Source of the DNA: a virus
Lineage: Duplodnaviria > Heunggongvirae > Uroviricota > Caudoviricetes
Reading direction: 5' to 3' (one strand)
Virus record (IMG/VR): IMGVR_UViG_2926661365_000002
DNA length: 64,000 nucleotides
Shown: positions 53,788 through 63,423 of the stretch, one piece after another
Layout of the letters: every line of letters starts with the position of its first letter
How positions within the stretch are numbered: the first letter of the stretch is position 1
Program-made: the position numbers and the translations under genes
The notes under the pieces: model-generated
Database searches by the model: none
Told to the model about the DNA's origin: nothing
Seen by the model: the letters and a program-made list of their open reading frames with translations, nothing else

Positions 53788-55041
53788 ATGCGAATTTTGT
53801 CGCTGAAAGCAGAGCAAATCAAAAGACTTGAAGCCGTTCACATCAAGCCGGATGGGAGCCTCATCGAGATCACCGGCCGCAATGCCCAGGGGAAGACCTC
53901 GGTCCTCGATAGCATCTGGATGGCTCTTGGTGGCGACAAGGCCATCCCGGAGAAACCCATCCGCGACGGCGCTGACAAGGGCGTCATCGAAGTCGACCTC
54001 GGCGCATACAAGGTGACCCGCACCTTCAAGGCCAAGGAAGACGGCAGCTTCACCAAGGCTGTCACGATCACCACTGCCGACGGCATCAAGGCCAGCAACC
54101 CGACCGAGATCCTCAAGGGCATCGTGGGCGAGCTGACCTTCGATCCCCTCGCCTTCGCCCACATGAAGGCAGACGCACAGGTCAAGGCGCTCCGCTCCCT
54201 CGTCCCGGGCTTCGACTTCGCCGCCAATGACAAGGCTATCAAGGACGCCTTCGAAGCGCGCACTGCCGTCAACCGCCGCGTCGGCGAACTGGAGGTGCAG
54301 GTATCTGCGATCGAGGTTCCCGAAGACGCGCCGCTTGAGGCCGTCTCGTTCTCGGACCTGACCGACGAACTGCAGGCTGCCCTTGACCACAACTCCAGCG
54401 TCGACCGCATGGAGCGCCAGGTGCAGCAGCATGAGGCGTCGATCACCGCCACCGAGGACACGGTCAACCAGCTCAAGCTCCGCCTCAAGGAGGCCGAGCT
54501 GCGACTCGAGGAGCTGCGCGACGTCGAACTCGGCGAGATCCCCGAGCGCAAGGACATCGACGCCATCCGCGAACGCATCGGCGACGTCGAGCGACTGAAC
54601 GCCCTCTATGCCAAGCGCGCCCGCAAGGAGCAGCTGCAGACCGAGCTGGACCAGAAGACCGCCGAGTCCGAGGCGCTGACCCAAAAGGTGGACGATGGTC
54701 GCAAGGCCGCAGCCGACGCCGTCAGGGCCGCACAGCTGCCCGTGGACGGGCTTGAGCTGACCGAGGACTCGATCCTCCTCAATGGTCAGCCGTTCTCGCA
54801 GGCGAGCGACGCTGAGCAGCTGCGGGCCTCTGTCGCCATTGCCGGCGCTATGAACCCCAAGCTTCGCGTGATGCTGGTTCGGGACGGGTCTCTTCTGGAC
54901 CGCGACTCCATGGCTCTTCTCGCCGGTTACGCCGAGCTGCATGATCTCCAGGTCTGGTGCGAGGTTGTGGAGTCCGGCCGTCCCGGCGCGATCGTCATCG
55001 AGGACGGCCACATCGTCGAGCGCGCGGAGGCTGCCGAATGA
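53788..55041 (+). CDS. ABC/SMC-like AAA ATPase with coiled-coil insert
   Basis: N-terminal P-loop [16 protein letters not shown]. Long Glu/Leu/Arg-rich coiled-coil middle. C-terminal signature-like SDAEQL and Walker B-like [13 protein letters not shown]. Confidence 0.7.
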   Translation: MRILSLKAEQIKRLEAVHIKPDGSLIEITGRNAQGKTSVLDSIWMALGGDKAIPEKPIRDGADKGVIEVDLGAYKVTRTFKAKEDGSFTKAVTITTADGIKASNPTEILKGIVGELTFDPLAFAHMKADAQVKALRSLVPGFDFAANDKAIKDAFEARTAVNRRVGELEVQVSAIEVPEDAPLEAVSFSDLTDELQAALDHNSSVDRMERQVQQHEASITATEDTVNQLKLRLKEAELRLEELRDVELGEIPERKDIDAIRERIGDVERLNALYAKRARKEQLQTELDQKTAESEALTQKVDDGRKAAADAVRAAQLPVDGLELTEDSILLNGQPFSQASDAEQLRASVAIAGAMNPKLRVMLVRDGSLLDRDSMALLAGYAELHDLQVWCEVVESGRPGAIVIEDGHIVERAEAAE

Positions 55042-55592
55042 CCGCCTTCCGAAACCTCACCGGCCAGCGCTTTGGTCGCCTGATCGCCGTTTCCCATCGG
55101 GTGAAAGCTGGCCCCACGCAGGCCTATACCATGTGGATGTGCGACTGCGACTGCGGCGCGCAGAAGGAAATCCGCGCAAGCTCCCTCCATTCAGGCGACA
55201 CCACTTCCTGCGGGTGCCTGCAGAAGGAAGGCGTTGCCGAGCGAAGCGCCAAGCATGGTGCCGCCCCTCGCGGGGAGCACTGGCCAGAGTATGCCGTCCA
55301 TCGGTCGATGCTCCAGCGCTGCTTCAACCCCAACAGAGAGAACTACCCGTCCTACGGTGGGCGCGGCATCACGGTCTGCGATCGCTGGCGCTTTGGCCAG
55401 GACGGCAAGACCGGCTTCGAGTGCTTCATGGAGGATGTCGGTCGGCGCCCGTCGCCGGACCTCTCGATCGAGCGGGATGACAACGACGGACACTATGAGC
55501 CCGGCAATTGCCGCTGGGCCACGGCCAAGGAGCAAGCGAACAACCGCCGGTCTCGGATCGCTGCCATCGCCGATAAAGGAGTAGCAGCATGA
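55038..55592 (+). CDS. HNH-like nuclease with zinc-finger (CDCDCG...CGC) N-terminus
   Basis: ATGA-coupled to the ATPase gene. [27 protein letters not shown] resembles the HNH family tail (...ID..D..Y...N.RW.T..EQ.NN). Confidence 0.5.
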   Translation: MTAFRNLTGQRFGRLIAVSHRVKAGPTQAYTMWMCDCDCGAQKEIRASSLHSGDTTSCGCLQKEGVAERSAKHGAAPRGEHWPEYAVHRSMLQRCFNPNRENYPSYGGRGITVCDRWRFGQDGKTGFECFMEDVGRRPSPDLSIERDDNDGHYEPGNCRWATAKEQANNRRSRIAAIADKGVAA

Positions 55593-55897
55593 CCCTGCTC
55601 ACCGCAAAGGAAGCGCTTGAGATCTCGCGCAAGAACGACCCCGAACAGACCCTCCGCAACATCCTCGAGCTGGTGAAGCTCGCCGCAGCAAAAGGCGAGT
55701 ACAGCATCAAGGTTCGCGAGTGGGGCTTTGGCTCCGCCGCATACTACTGCCCCCCGCAGGAGTGGCCGACCATCGGCAAGACGGTCATCGGCCAGCTGCG
55801 CGAGATTGGCTACTCCGCCGATATCGGCAGCGAGGAACGTCAGTTCGTCGCCGTCTGGCTCGAGGTCTCCTGGGGAGACAAGGCAGGTGCCGCATGA
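55589..55897 (+). CDS. Hypothetical protein
   Basis: 102 aa; ATGA coupled. Confidence 0.4.
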   Translation: MTLLTAKEALEISRKNDPEQTLRNILELVKLAAAKGEYSIKVREWGFGSAAYYCPPQEWPTIGKTVIGQLREIGYSADIGSEERQFVAVWLEVSWGDKAGAA

Positions 55898-56220
55898 CCC
55901 GGCTCTTCCGCAAAGGCGACGTCATCAGCCTCACCGGCGTCATCGAGACGGACCAGCGCACGCCCTCTGGCCACGAGGCCGGCCCGCTGATGACCCATGT
56001 CAGGGTCGATGGCCATCACAGCCCGTTCTACGTCGAGGCGGATCTGGTCACGCTCCTCGTCCCTCACTTCAACCCGAACGATAAGGTGGTGAGCACGGAG
56101 TTCGTAGGCACCGGGACCGTGCGCGCGATCTTCGGGCCGAAGGCATGGGTCGAGATTGACGGCAGGATGCAGACCCTCATGGCGGCAGACCTGCGCCTCG
56201 AGTCGGAGGGCAAGAACTGA
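55894..56220 (+). CDS. Hypothetical protein
   Basis: 108 aa; ATGA coupled. Confidence 0.4.
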   Translation: MTRLFRKGDVISLTGVIETDQRTPSGHEAGPLMTHVRVDGHHSPFYVEADLVTLLVPHFNPNDKVVSTEFVGTGTVRAIFGPKAWVEIDGRMQTLMAADLRLESEGKN

Positions 56221-57356
56221 TGTCGCTCGTCTACGATATGTTCAAGCAAACCGACGGCACCTATCAGCTGCCCGACGGCGTCTACATCGAGCTGCCGGAG
56301 GATATCTATCACTCCGACACGGCACTCGGCTCCACCTCGATCAAGCAACTGGCGAAGAACCCGCCCAAGTGGCAGTACGACCGGCTCCGCCCCCGCAAGG
56401 AGGTCACGCCCGAGCACTTCATCTGGGGCCGCGCCTTCCACTGCCGGATCCTGGAGGGCAAGGAAGAGTTCGAGCGTCGCTATGCCAAGCCGCCGGTACC
56501 GGGTGACTACCCGAAGGCGCTCAACACGACCGACCAGATCAAGGACTTCTTGAAGGAGAACGGGCAGAAGCTCACCGGCAACAAGGGCGAGCTGATCGCC
56601 CGCGCCCGGGATGTCGACGGCTGCCCGCCCTTCTTCGACGACATCCTGCGCGACTGGTATGCCGAGCATCAGGGCCACGAGGATCTGACCGATCGCCAGA
56701 TGCAGGAAATTGAGGACGCGGTGACCATCATGGCCCGCGACCCCATCCTCTCCAGCGTCATGCAGGCTGGCACCCTGATGTCGGGTGCGTCCGAGCTGTC
56801 GATCTTCTCGACGGATGAGAACGGCATCCGCCGCAAGGGCCGCATCGACTACGCCCTGCCCCCGGCCGGCAGCCGCACGAAGTCCCTGTCGATCGACCTG
56901 AAACATTTCACGACGTTTCGGGAGGGCGACAACGAGGCGGCTGCCACGCACAAGATCTATGGCGAATGCTACGACGTCCAGGGCGCCTACTACCTGGACC
57001 AGATCAAGTCCGCCCGCCAGCTCGCGGACGCCGGCTGCATCTATGGCGGCGACGACGCTGCCATCGAGACGGTCAAGGCCTTCCTCGAGGCCCAGGACAT
57101 GGACTGGGTCTGGATCTTCATCCGCCGCGACGCCGGCATGATCCCCGTAATCATCTCGGTCGATACCCTCGACCCGATGTTCGACCACGGTCGCACGATC
57201 GTGGTCGATGCCTTGGACCGCTATCGCGAGTTCGTCTCGCGGTGCGGCCCCACTGAATTGTGGTCGGACCCACCCAAGGTGCCCCTCCGCCTCAATCAGT
57301 CTGCCTTGCCATCCTACAACCGAGGAGTTCTCTGTGAGCAACCAGCTAACCGTTAA
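56220..57356 (+). CDS. PD-(D/E)xK family exonuclease (YqaJ / lambda-Exo functional analog candidate)
   Basis: ...GRIDYAL...SIDLKHF supplies the D ... (D/E)xK core. It lies upstream of RecT. Confidence 0.55.
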   Translation: MSLVYDMFKQTDGTYQLPDGVYIELPEDIYHSDTALGSTSIKQLAKNPPKWQYDRLRPRKEVTPEHFIWGRAFHCRILEGKEEFERRYAKPPVPGDYPKALNTTDQIKDFLKENGQKLTGNKGELIARARDVDGCPPFFDDILRDWYAEHQGHEDLTDRQMQEIEDAVTIMARDPILSSVMQAGTLMSGASELSIFSTDENGIRRKGRIDYALPPAGSRTKSLSIDLKHFTTFREGDNEAAATHKIYGECYDVQGAYYLDQIKSARQLADAGCIYGGDDAAIETVKAFLEAQDMDWVWIFIRRDAGMIPVIISVDTLDPMFDHGRTIVVDALDRYREFVSRCGPTELWSDPPKVPLRLNQSALPSYNRGVLCEQPANR

Positions 57357-58497
57357 CGCCGCCACGATGTTCGAGCAGTTCCGACCGGACCTGCTCCCCA
57401 TCATGGCCGAGACTGGGCAGTCCTTCGACCGCCTCAAGTCGACCTTCTCCATCGCGGTTCAGCAGAACCCGGACATCCTCAAATGCACACCGGAATCGCT
57501 GCGCCGCGAGATCTCCAAGTGCGCCGTTGACGGCCTTGTGCCGGACAGCAAGGAAGCCGTGCTCCTGCCGTACCTCGACAACAAGTCGAAGGAATACATC
57601 GCGAACTACCAGCCGATGGTCTACGGCATCATCAAGCGGATGAAGGAACTGGGCGGCGTCTTCCAGATCGTCTGCAACCTCGTCTACAAGACCGACCTCT
57701 TCTCCATGAACGAGGCCGACCCGGACAGCCTCGCGCACAAGCAGGCCGACCCCTTCGGTACCGATCGCGGTGACGTCGTCGGCGGCTACGTCATCTTCCG
57801 CGACGAGCACAAGCGCCTGATGCACTTCGAGAAGATGTCCCGCGAGGACTTCGACCGGGTGCGCGCAGCCTCCAAGGCCCCGGACAGCCCCGCCTGGAAG
57901 CATTGGTTCGAGGAGATGTGCAAGAAAGCCGTGCTCCGGCGCGGTGCGAAATACATCTCGATCAACAACGACAAGATCCGCGCGCTGATCGAGCGCCAGG
58001 ACACCATGTTCGACTTCCAGGAGAAGCCGAAGGCCGAGCGCGTAGACCCGTTCTCTGGCGCGACGATCGACGGGACGGTGGTTGATGCCGCCCCGGCCTC
58101 GCGAACGCAGCAGGCGGGCTCCGGTGCCTCGGAGAAGACCGCTCCTGCCAAGAAGGAACTGGCGGAGAAGCCGCCGGAGTTCCCCTCAGACCTCGACCTT
58201 CTCCCCGGCGACATCGACTCCCTCAAGGAGGCAACCGAGAAGGTTCTCAAGATCGCCCTCGACAAGAAGCTCGACGCTCCTGGTCGCCGTGGCGTCCTCA
58301 AGGGAATGCCGGAAACCTGGAAGCCTGTGCTTCCGGAATACCTGCATCCCTTGTTGAAAACGATGATCGACGTGACCGACTGGGCAATCCTTCGGGATGC
58401 TGCAGGCCTGCCGTGGGCAGGTGAACACGCGATGTTCGTTCACAAGATGAAAGAGCTGCTCGGTGTCGAGAAGCTCAACATCGGCAAGTACCCCTGA
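57334..58497 (+). CDS. recT: RecT-family single-strand annealing protein
   Basis: ESLRREISKCAVDGLVPDSKEAVLLPYLDNKSKEYIANYQPMVYGIIKRMKELGG matches the RecT core. GTG start with a GAGGAG RBS. Confidence 0.7.
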   Translation: MSNQLTVNAATMFEQFRPDLLPIMAETGQSFDRLKSTFSIAVQQNPDILKCTPESLRREISKCAVDGLVPDSKEAVLLPYLDNKSKEYIANYQPMVYGIIKRMKELGGVFQIVCNLVYKTDLFSMNEADPDSLAHKQADPFGTDRGDVVGGYVIFRDEHKRLMHFEKMSREDFDRVRAASKAPDSPAWKHWFEEMCKKAVLRRGAKYISINNDKIRALIERQDTMFDFQEKPKAERVDPFSGATIDGTVVDAAPASRTQQAGSGASEKTAPAKKELAEKPPEFPSDLDLLPGDIDSLKEATEKVLKIALDKKLDAPGRRGVLKGMPETWKPVLPEYLHPLLKTMIDVTDWAILRDAAGLPWAGEHAMFVHKMKELLGVEKLNIGKYP

Positions 58498-58513
58498 AAC
58501 CAACCCTCCAACT

Positions 58514-59416
58514 ATGGAACCTAACATGCGCATTCTTTCTATCCTCGCAGGCCCGTTCTTGACCGTGACCGGTGTCGCCCTCGTCGTCCTCTGGTGGTTC
58601 GGCACCTACACGATTGACGAAGGCGAGCGCGGCGTCCTGCTCTACAACGGTGCAGTCGTCGGCGTGGCCGAGCCCGGCCGCGGCTTCCAGAACCCGTTCT
58701 TCGGGGCCGTCCGCCGCATCTCGCTGCAGGATGTTACCCGCCGCTACGAGAAGGTTCCCGTCTACTCGCGAGACCAGCAGACAGCGGAACTGACCATATC
58801 GGTCACATACGTGGTCCCGGCCGGGGGCGTCACCGACCTCTATTCGACTTACAAGTCAGTCGAGAACATGGAGGCCCGCCTCATCGACCGTAACATCAGC
58901 GAGCCTGCCGAGATCGTCTTCGGCCAGTTCAATGCCATCGCTGCCGTGCAAGAACGCGCCCGCCTCTCCGCCGAGGTTTCGGCAGCGATCACCAAGGCCA
59001 TCAAGGGACCGGTCAACATCAAGTCGGTCCAGGTCGAGAACATCGATTTCTCGGCGACCTATGAGACGTCGATCGAGCAGCGTATGCAGGCCGAGGTGGA
59101 GGTGCAGAGGCTCCAGCAGAACGCCGCGCGTGAAAAGGTGCAAGCCGAAATCACCGTGACCAAAGCCAAGGCAGATGCCGACAGCGCGAAAGCCAAGGCA
59201 GATGCGGAATCCTATGCAACCTTGGTCAACGCCCAGGCGCAGGCCAAGGCCGTTGGGCTCGCCGGCCAGGCGGAAGCCGATGCCATGGCGGCGAAAGGTA
59301 AGGCCCTGCGCGAAAACGCCGGACTTATCGAGCTGACCACCGTCCAGCGTTGGAACGGCCAGTTGCCGGCCACCATGGTCCCCAACGCGACGCTCCCCTT
59401 CCTGCCCATCAAGTGA
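58514..59416 (+). CDS. SPFH/band-7 (prohibitin/HflC-like) domain membrane protein
   Basis: N-terminal TM segment, SPFH core GERGVLLYNGAVVGVAEPGRGFQNPFF, and an Ala/Lys/Gln-rich coiled-coil tail. Confidence 0.7.
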   Translation: MEPNMRILSILAGPFLTVTGVALVVLWWFGTYTIDEGERGVLLYNGAVVGVAEPGRGFQNPFFGAVRRISLQDVTRRYEKVPVYSRDQQTAELTISVTYVVPAGGVTDLYSTYKSVENMEARLIDRNISEPAEIVFGQFNAIAAVQERARLSAEVSAAITKAIKGPVNIKSVQVENIDFSATYETSIEQRMQAEVEVQRLQQNAAREKVQAEITVTKAKADADSAKAKADAESYATLVNAQAQAKAVGLAGQAEADAMAAKGKALRENAGLIELTTVQRWNGQLPATMVPNATLPFLPIK

Positions 59417-59483
59417 TTAACCCGGGGCGCCCTCACCGGGGCGCTCCACCCACCCGCCGCAATCATGCAGCCAAGGATACCCA

Positions 59484-59801
59484 ATGACTTCGATAGTTCA
59501 GGAGATGCAGGAACTCCTCAATGACCTGCAAAAAGCCGAGCAGCGCGTCGAGATCCTCAAGAAGTTCGAGAGCGAAGGCGGACAATACCGGATGGGCATC
59601 ACGATCGAGCACCCAGACTGGCACATCCGCGAGTCCGTTGAGGCCGCTTGGCACGAGTTCGTTTCCAAGCCCGCCGTCCTGCGCTGGCTGGTCGAACACG
59701 CCACCAATGCACTGGAAAAGCGCAAGGAGGAGTTCCTCGCCACCGCCATGTCCCACGGGATCTCGCAAGCGGCCCAGACCCAGCCGGAGCTACGCACATG
59801 A
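59484..59801 (+). CDS. Hypothetical protein
   Basis: 105 aa. Preceded by the motif cacccgccgcaatcatgc. Confidence 0.4.
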   Translation: MTSIVQEMQELLNDLQKAEQRVEILKKFESEGGQYRMGITIEHPDWHIRESVEAAWHEFVSKPAVLRWLVEHATNALEKRKEEFLATAMSHGISQAAQTQPELRT

Positions 59802-59962
59802 TGGTGATGCTCGCAATCATTCTGCAGATCTTGGGCATGTGCCTCTTCGCCAAGAGCACCTGGGAGGAGACGCCGAGGCGGGGAGTGCCCTTGATGGTGG
59901 CAGCGATCATCGTCTACACCATAGGGGCAATGCTCATCTTCAAGGCAGGAGCCCCACCGTGA
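59798..59962 (+). CDS. Tiny two-TM membrane protein (54 aa)
   Basis: MMVMLAIILQILGMCLF...LMVAAIIVYTIGAMLIF. Confidence 0.3.
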   Translation: MMVMLAIILQILGMCLFAKSTWEETPRRGVPLMVAAIIVYTIGAMLIFKAGAPP

Positions 59963-60057
59963 AAAAGATCTACCGCGTCGCAGACATCGGAATGAAAATC
60001 GCATTCGCAGTCATGGTCGTAATCGGCCTGCTGCTCATCAGGGACTTATCAGGATGA
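59959..60057 (+). CDS. Tiny single-TM peptide (32 aa, GTG start)
   Basis: GTGA coupled. IAFAVMVVIGLLLI. Confidence 0.25.
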   Translation: MKKIYRVADIGMKIAFAVMVVIGLLLIRDLSG

Positions 60058-60776
60058 AACTCAGGGTCATTGACCTCGAAACCACCGACCGCGTCGAAGC
60101 AAAGGAAAGTGGTGAGCGGGTCGGAGTCGTCGAATACGGATACACCGACGTCACCGACCAGCTCGTAATTGGCGACACCCATGCCGCCTTCGTCAACCCG
60201 GGCTTCCCGATCCCTCCGCAGGGTCGGGCAGTCCACCACATCAGCGACGCCGACGTTGCCACTGGTGTGAACTACATGCAGGCATGCCAGGCCCTCATGA
60301 AGGGTATGGAGACCGGGGACGTCTTCGTCGCGCACAACGCCCCGTTCGAGCAGGCCTTCTTCGGTGGCGGCAACTTCCCCTGGATCTGCACCATGCGGTG
60401 CGCTCAGCACGTCTTCCCCGACGCTCCCGCCTACGGCAATCAGTTCCTCCGCTACTGGCTCGGCGTGGACGAGGAGATCGCCGAGCCGCACCGCGCCATG
60501 CCTCCGCACCGCGCCGGCCCCGACACCTACGTCACCTCCTACATCCTGACCCGATTGCTACTTGAGCGTTCACCGCAGGATCTCATTGCGCTGACGAAGG
60601 AGATGCCGCTGCTCAAGACCCTGACCTTCACCAAGGAACATAAGGGAAAGCTTTACAGCGACTTAGATGAGGGTTTGCTTGAATGGATACTTGGTAAAGA
60701 CTTCGCTCCGGAAGTTCACCATACCTGCAGATATTGGCTCAGAATTAAACGCCAGAGTCGCAATGGCATATTCTAA
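60054..60776 (+). CDS. DEDDh-family 3'-5' exonuclease (DnaQ-like)
   Basis: Exo I IDLETTD, Exo II VAHNAPFEQAF, Exo III HRAGPDTYVTSY. Confidence 0.7.
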   Translation: MKLRVIDLETTDRVEAKESGERVGVVEYGYTDVTDQLVIGDTHAAFVNPGFPIPPQGRAVHHISDADVATGVNYMQACQALMKGMETGDVFVAHNAPFEQAFFGGGNFPWICTMRCAQHVFPDAPAYGNQFLRYWLGVDEEIAEPHRAMPPHRAGPDTYVTSYILTRLLLERSPQDLIALTKEMPLLKTLTFTKEHKGKLYSDLDEGLLEWILGKDFAPEVHHTCRYWLRIKRQSRNGIF

Positions 60777-60899
60777 TGGGGATATTTGATCGCTAGACGG
60801 GAGATGCCACCGTGGCGATAGCAAGTGAGGTGCGCCGACCAGAAGACATCGAAGAGTTTTGGGGAAATCACTTTTCAAAGGGACTAGGGACAATTCAAA

Positions 60900-61091
60900 A
60901 TGAAGACCAGCTACAAAAAGATCATCATGAAATTCGAAGATGATGACAATGCGACCCAGATCTATATCGCAGAGGACTGGGTCGATGCAGAGCGTATCCG
61001 AGGCGGCGATGACGAAGGGGTTATGTGCCTCTGCATCACCGACGAGGCTGGTGACAAAATCCTCGAGGCGCTGAATGGCGGACAAGCCTGA
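60900..61091 (+). CDS. Small acidic ORF in a low-GC patch
   Basis: 63 aa. Atypical composition. Confidence 0.3.
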   Translation: MKTSYKKIIMKFEDDDNATQIYIAEDWVDAERIRGGDDEGVMCLCITDEAGDKILEALNGGQA

Positions 61092-61524
61092 CAGGCGGAA
61101 GGCTATCCCCCTTTCGGTCAAGCTCGAGGTTGCACTGCGCAAGCTCGGGCTGACCATCGAGCAGATCCACTGGGATCACTCGCCACCCTTAGCACTCCGC
61201 GAGTGGGATCCGGTCAAGCAAGACACAATCCCACCCGCGAACGACCCGAGGCATATCGAGCTCCTCCTCATCACCGACCACAAGACGAAGACATTCGGCA
61301 GAGGCGGAGAGAAGAGGATCACGACAGCCGGGTCCGACATCCACGCCATCGCAAAGGTCAGGCGCCTGACCAAGGCGCAGGAAGAGGCAAGGCGCAGAAT
61401 GCTGGCGAAAACCGAGCCAGGCGAAAGCGAACCGGTGAACCCGCGCAAGAAAACGAAGTGGCCTAGCCGCCCGTTTCAGCAGCGCAAAAAGGAGACCAAG
61501 TCCAATGGGGACGATCACTCGTAA
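61075..61524 (+). CDS. HNH-like nuclease candidate
   Basis: HWDHSPPLALRE...DPRHIELLLITDHKTKTFG gives an H-N-H-like spacing. Basic C-terminus. Confidence 0.4.
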   Translation: MADKPDRRKAIPLSVKLEVALRKLGLTIEQIHWDHSPPLALREWDPVKQDTIPPANDPRHIELLLITDHKTKTFGRGGEKRITTAGSDIHAIAKVRRLTKAQEEARRRMLAKTEPGESEPVNPRKKTKWPSRPFQQRKKETKSNGDDHS

Positions 61525-61882
61525 AATCTACAAGAACTCGGACGAGCACTACAAAGTTGGCGCTCCGCTCATGACCCCGCAGCAGGGGGTCACCTTCCCG
61601 TTCGACGGCCACAACTGGCGCTTTGGCCACACCGCGTTTGATGACCAGGGCGACTACTTCGTCATCTACCGACCCGACGGCGACGGCCTGCCGATCGCGG
61701 CCGACAACATGAGCCTCTTCGACGCCCTCCTCTGCAGCGCGCTGTCCGGCCTCTGCGCAAACCCTTCACTGCTTGATGAGATCCTCGATGATGGGCGCAA
61801 GGCGGAAGCCCCCGCCCTCCTCGCTGGGACTGCTCGCGACATAGCCATGGAAGCCTACGATCTGGCGAGGAGGACGCGATGA
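61505..61882 (+). CDS. Hypothetical protein
   Basis: 125 aa. Confidence 0.4.
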   Translation: MGTITRKIYKNSDEHYKVGAPLMTPQQGVTFPFDGHNWRFGHTAFDDQGDYFVIYRPDGDGLPIAADNMSLFDALLCSALSGLCANPSLLDEILDDGRKAEAPALLAGTARDIAMEAYDLARRTR

Positions 61883-62352
61883 ACTTGCCAAAAGCACAAC
61901 CTGACAAGCCGGGTCCGTCGATCTCCGGCCAGTGGACCGAGGTTAGCCCGAACACCCTTTGCATGACGCAGCACATCGGCACACTGACGGTCGCCGAGGG
62001 CCGTGAGTGGGAGATATCTGTCTCGCTCAACGGGATGGTGGTCTTTGTCGAAACGGACCTGTCGTATTCAGCCGACGTGAGGCCCCACCACGGGGGCGCG
62101 ACCGACAACAGGCGGTTCATGATGAATGCCCTGCCTCTTGTCAAAGAGCTTGCGGCTTGCCTTCTTTCCCCGCCAGAGGCCACCCCCGCACCCCAACCGA
62201 ATGTGGCGGGCTATGGCCTATTTGATGAGATGGGCAAGATGCTCGCATGGACCGATGAGAAGGGCTTTGCGCAAGCGAAGTGGGATCCGGATCGCGTACG
62301 TCCTCTGTTTGCTGGCTCACCCGCACCCCAACCGAGGGAGGCAGGGGAATGA
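61879..62352 (+). CDS. Hypothetical protein
   Basis: 157 aa. Confidence 0.4.
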   Translation: MNLPKAQPDKPGPSISGQWTEVSPNTLCMTQHIGTLTVAEGREWEISVSLNGMVVFVETDLSYSADVRPHHGGATDNRRFMMNALPLVKELAACLLSPPEATPAPQPNVAGYGLFDEMGKMLAWTDEKGFAQAKWDPDRVRPLFAGSPAPQPREAGE

Positions 62353-62798
62353 CGAACCCGCGCCAGGAACCCACCACCCGCGTCAATGCCGGCGGCATCA
62401 TTCACGAACTGGAACCCTTCCTCCTCCGGTACCGATCGAGGAAGCACGAGATTGAAGCACTGCAGAAGGAGGTGAGCCGTGGCCTGCGCTTTGGCTACCT
62501 CCACCCCGTTATGGGCTCGATCCGCTTCGCCGTGGATCTGGACAGGCTGGCTCGAGTCTCGGCCGACGGCCTCGTCTCCATGACGGTCGACGACGTGCGC
62601 AGATACACCGGCCTCACGCCCATGATGATCGACGACCTGATCCGAGACATGCGTCGTGGACTCGAGAAGACCGAGGCGAGACCCACCCCGCCGCCGCCGC
62701 AAAAAGACAACACGCCGATCATTGCCCGGTGGGCCGTTGTCGCCGTCTGCCTCGCCGTCTGGCTTGGGGTCAGCATCTACTTTGGGTTCAAGAGATGA
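62349..62798 (+). CDS. Hypothetical protein with C-terminal TM helix
   Basis: 150 aa. Confidence 0.4.
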   Translation: MTNPRQEPTTRVNAGGIIHELEPFLLRYRSRKHEIEALQKEVSRGLRFGYLHPVMGSIRFAVDLDRLARVSADGLVSMTVDDVRRYTGLTPMMIDDLIRDMRRGLEKTEARPTPPPPQKDNTPIIARWAVVAVCLAVWLGVSIYFGFKR

Positions 62799-62983
62799 GA
62801 GAGCTGTCCCCCGAAGAGAAGCTCGTGCTCTCGCACCTAGTCGGCGCGTGGAACGCTTTCGTCGCTCTCCCCATCCAACATGGGGACGACATATCCGAGT
62901 TCCGCCATGGCATCCATCGGCTGCAGGAAAAGGTCATGGCTCGCCCGGCTCGCAAGATGGATGGCGAAGGGAGGTTCGCATGA
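62795..62983 (+). CDS. Small hypothetical protein
   Basis: 62 aa; ATGA coupled. Confidence 0.3.
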   Translation: MRELSPEEKLVLSHLVGAWNAFVALPIQHGDDISEFRHGIHRLQEKVMARPARKMDGEGRFA

Positions 62984-63423
62984 ATTACTGCCCCCTCGGC
63001 CACGTCATGACCATCTCCGATGGGGCGAACTGCGGCTGCCATCCGGACGCCGCCTGTTCGATCCCGGTCTATTCCTGCCGGGACTGCGGCCACACCGACT
63101 ACGGCGACAACGAACACGCCAAGCTGGTGAAGTATCTCTGCGCCGAGCATCGCGCCTGCAAAGCAAAGGCCCCTCCCATGGAGGGGCTTCTGCTCACCCG
63201 GGAGGAGTTCTTCGCCCTGCCGGAATACAGCGCCTCCTATCCGGACGGGGTCGCCGAGGGCAAGCGCTGGCGCCGGCACGACGGCATCCATGACCCGGCC
63301 TGCAAGGAGCCGAACTGGATCATCGGGGAGTATGTGAAGGCCCAGGAGGGCTGGATACGCCGCTGGTATATCCCGGCCTTGGTCCCCGACGACGTGATGA
63401 AGAACCTGCGGGAGGCGAAATGA
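62980..63423 (+). CDS. Cys/His-rich hypothetical protein
   Basis: CPLGH...CGCH...CS...CRDCGH...C..H.AC. Confidence 0.4.
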   Translation: MNYCPLGHVMTISDGANCGCHPDAACSIPVYSCRDCGHTDYGDNEHAKLVKYLCAEHRACKAKAPPMEGLLLTREEFFALPEYSASYPDGVAEGKRWRRHDGIHDPACKEPNWIIGEYVKAQEGWIRRWYIPALVPDDVMKNLREAK

